NCBI GenBank assembly: GCA_963665815.1
Contig: OY762463.1
Location: 2,304,001-2,368,000 of the forward strand
Direction: 5' to 3'
DNA from: Candidatus Cloacimonadales bacterium
Lineage (GTDB): Bacteria > Cloacimonadota > Cloacimonadia > Cloacimonadales > JAIOQZ01
Length of the DNA stretch: 64,000 bases
The notes beneath the pieces were generated by a model. The model made no database searches, was not told where the DNA came from, and saw nothing but the letters and a program-made list of their open reading frames with translations. A program made the position numbers and the translations under genes. This document shows, piece after piece, positions 62,793 to 64,000 of the stretch (the first letter of the stretch is position 1; each line of letters starts with the position of its first letter).

Positions 62793-64000
62793 CTATTTGT
62801 TTATTCTTTTAACTTCATGTTTCTTCAGCTCAGGTTTTTCCTGAACATTTTGAATATCGCTTCGAGTACCGGAGTTATTCACTGCTACAATGCTATAGAA
62901 TTTTTTCTCATCTCCATTCAGTGGAGCATTCCAGATTATCAAATTACCATGATTCGTGATTGTTCCGGTACCTGTAATATTCTGAGTTACATTATCCGGA
63001 CTGTCACCTGCATAAACGTAATATCCGTCAGCTCCGTTATCTGCCCATAAAATATTCACAGAATTGTCCTGAACGGCTATGCCGATAACTTGCGGAGAAT
63101 CAGGAGTAATAATGATTTGCACCTGAGCAGTATTGGATGGACCGGATTCACCTTCAGTATGTACAGCAGTCACATAATATGTGTATGTACCTTCTGTTAA
63201 ACTCTGATCTGTGTAAGTTGTAATGTTATCAACATACTGAATCAGATTGCTGTTTCTGTAAATATTGTATCCTGAAAGAATTCTGTCTGACTGATCTGGA
63301 GCAGGAACCGGATTATCTGCAATTGTCAGATTGTTTAATGGACGAGGAATATCAGCTATAGGGCTATAAGTAATTCTGGATGAAGAGCCCTGCATTGTTG
63401 TATGCCCAATAATATTCCAGTTATAATCCAGAGTCGGATATTCGGTGTGAAGGCTGATCCAGTTTCCTCCCCAGTATACCAGGTCTCCTTTATAATCTAC
63501 AGCCGGACCACTGTCCCTGCCGGCAGGATAATCTCCAGTAGTATTAACTCTGTATCCAATCCAAAGCTCCTGATTATCAGAAATTGTTACAGGTGAATTT
63601 AGCGTAAATCTGTTCCATGTATTATATGTTGCTGGAACGACCTGTTGGTCAACAATCATTGTCCCCGCATCAGGGGTTCCTGAAACAGTTCCACCAACCC
63701 AAACTCTAATATAGTATTCACTACCGTCGTAACGAGGGAAGAAGGAAACTTCATTAAGAGTTGCTCCATTGTGCTGGGCAAGATCAGCCGTTGTGAATCT
63801 GATTGCAACATCAAAGTCCGCTGCAGCACCGCCACTGGCTCCAATTCCTCCACTACTGACACCATTATCATACCTCATTTCTGATTCTGTAATATTTGGG
63901 GCATCCCAGTTAAGCACAACATCAGTATCGCCTGAAACTGTTGCAGTTAAATTTTGCGGTTCAGCCAGACCTCTACGTACAACCAGACTTAACGGAATAG
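62793..64000 (-). CDS. Large extracellular FN3-domain protein (C-terminal part; 5' end outside the window)
   Basis: The frame stays open to the window edge (...EPQNLTATVSGDTDVVLNWDAP); FN3 motifs GYNIYRN...TYTD...YTYYVTAV...GESGPSN split by an inserted beta domain. Confidence 0.75.
   Translation of the reverse strand, partial: IPLSLVVRRGLAEPQNLTATVSGDTDVVLNWDAPNITESEMRYDNGVSSGGIGASGGAAADFDVAIRFTTADLAQHNGATLNEVSFFPRYDGSEYYIRVWVGGTVSGTPDAGTMIVDQQVVPATYNTWNRFTLNSPVTISDNQELWIGYRVNTTGDYPAGRDSGPAVDYKGDLVYWGGNWISLHTEYPTLDYNWNIIGHTTMQGSSSRITYSPIADIPRPLNNLTIADNPVPAPDQSDRILSGYNIYRNSNLIQYVDNITTYTDQSLTEGTYTYYVTAVHTEGESGPSNTAQVQIIITPDSPQVIGIAVQDNSVNILWADNGADGYYVYAGDSPDNVTQNITGTGTITNHGNLIIWNAPLNGDEKKFYSIVAVNNSGTRSDIQNVQEKPELKKHEVKRINK

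Overview
AT-rich bacterial chromosomal segment, most likely from Candidatus Cloacimonadota. That assignment is inferred from several proteins ending in the 'NYPNPFNPxTTISxSL...YNxKGQxVK...WxG...SGVYF...KMILLK' FlgD-Ig/T9SS-like C-terminal domain. The housekeeping core is rsmG-parA-parB-M23 peptidase followed by a complete F1Fo ATP synthase operon, with a parS-like site inside rsmG suggesting an origin-proximal location. The strongest candidate for a novel system is the rotor: the operon encodes both a normal single-hairpin c subunit with a Na+-type, two-carboxylate site and a 251-aa TRIPLE-hairpin c subunit in which only the third hairpin keeps the essential Glu, which implies a heteromeric c-ring with fewer ion sites. 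Next, a 59-bp direct repeat of the atpC 3' end flanks an integrase-free 8.5-kb islet of three secreted CTD proteins; one carries an in-frame G14 tract and two show mosaic identity. The window also holds tandem arrays of envelope paralogs: 4 RDD-fusion proteins with conserved ends and variable middles, 4 PilX/DUF4900-like proteins around a PilV/PilW-like pair, and 3 beta-propeller lipoproteins. Other notable items are a three-glycosyltransferase operon with a GT-cNMP fusion, a degenerate GGDEF protein, a ~413-bp MITE-like element with dispersed relatives, several REP-like palindromes and a candidate sRNA. No rRNA, tRNA, CRISPR array, integrase or transposase was recognised. All family calls were made by eye from motifs; no database searches were run.
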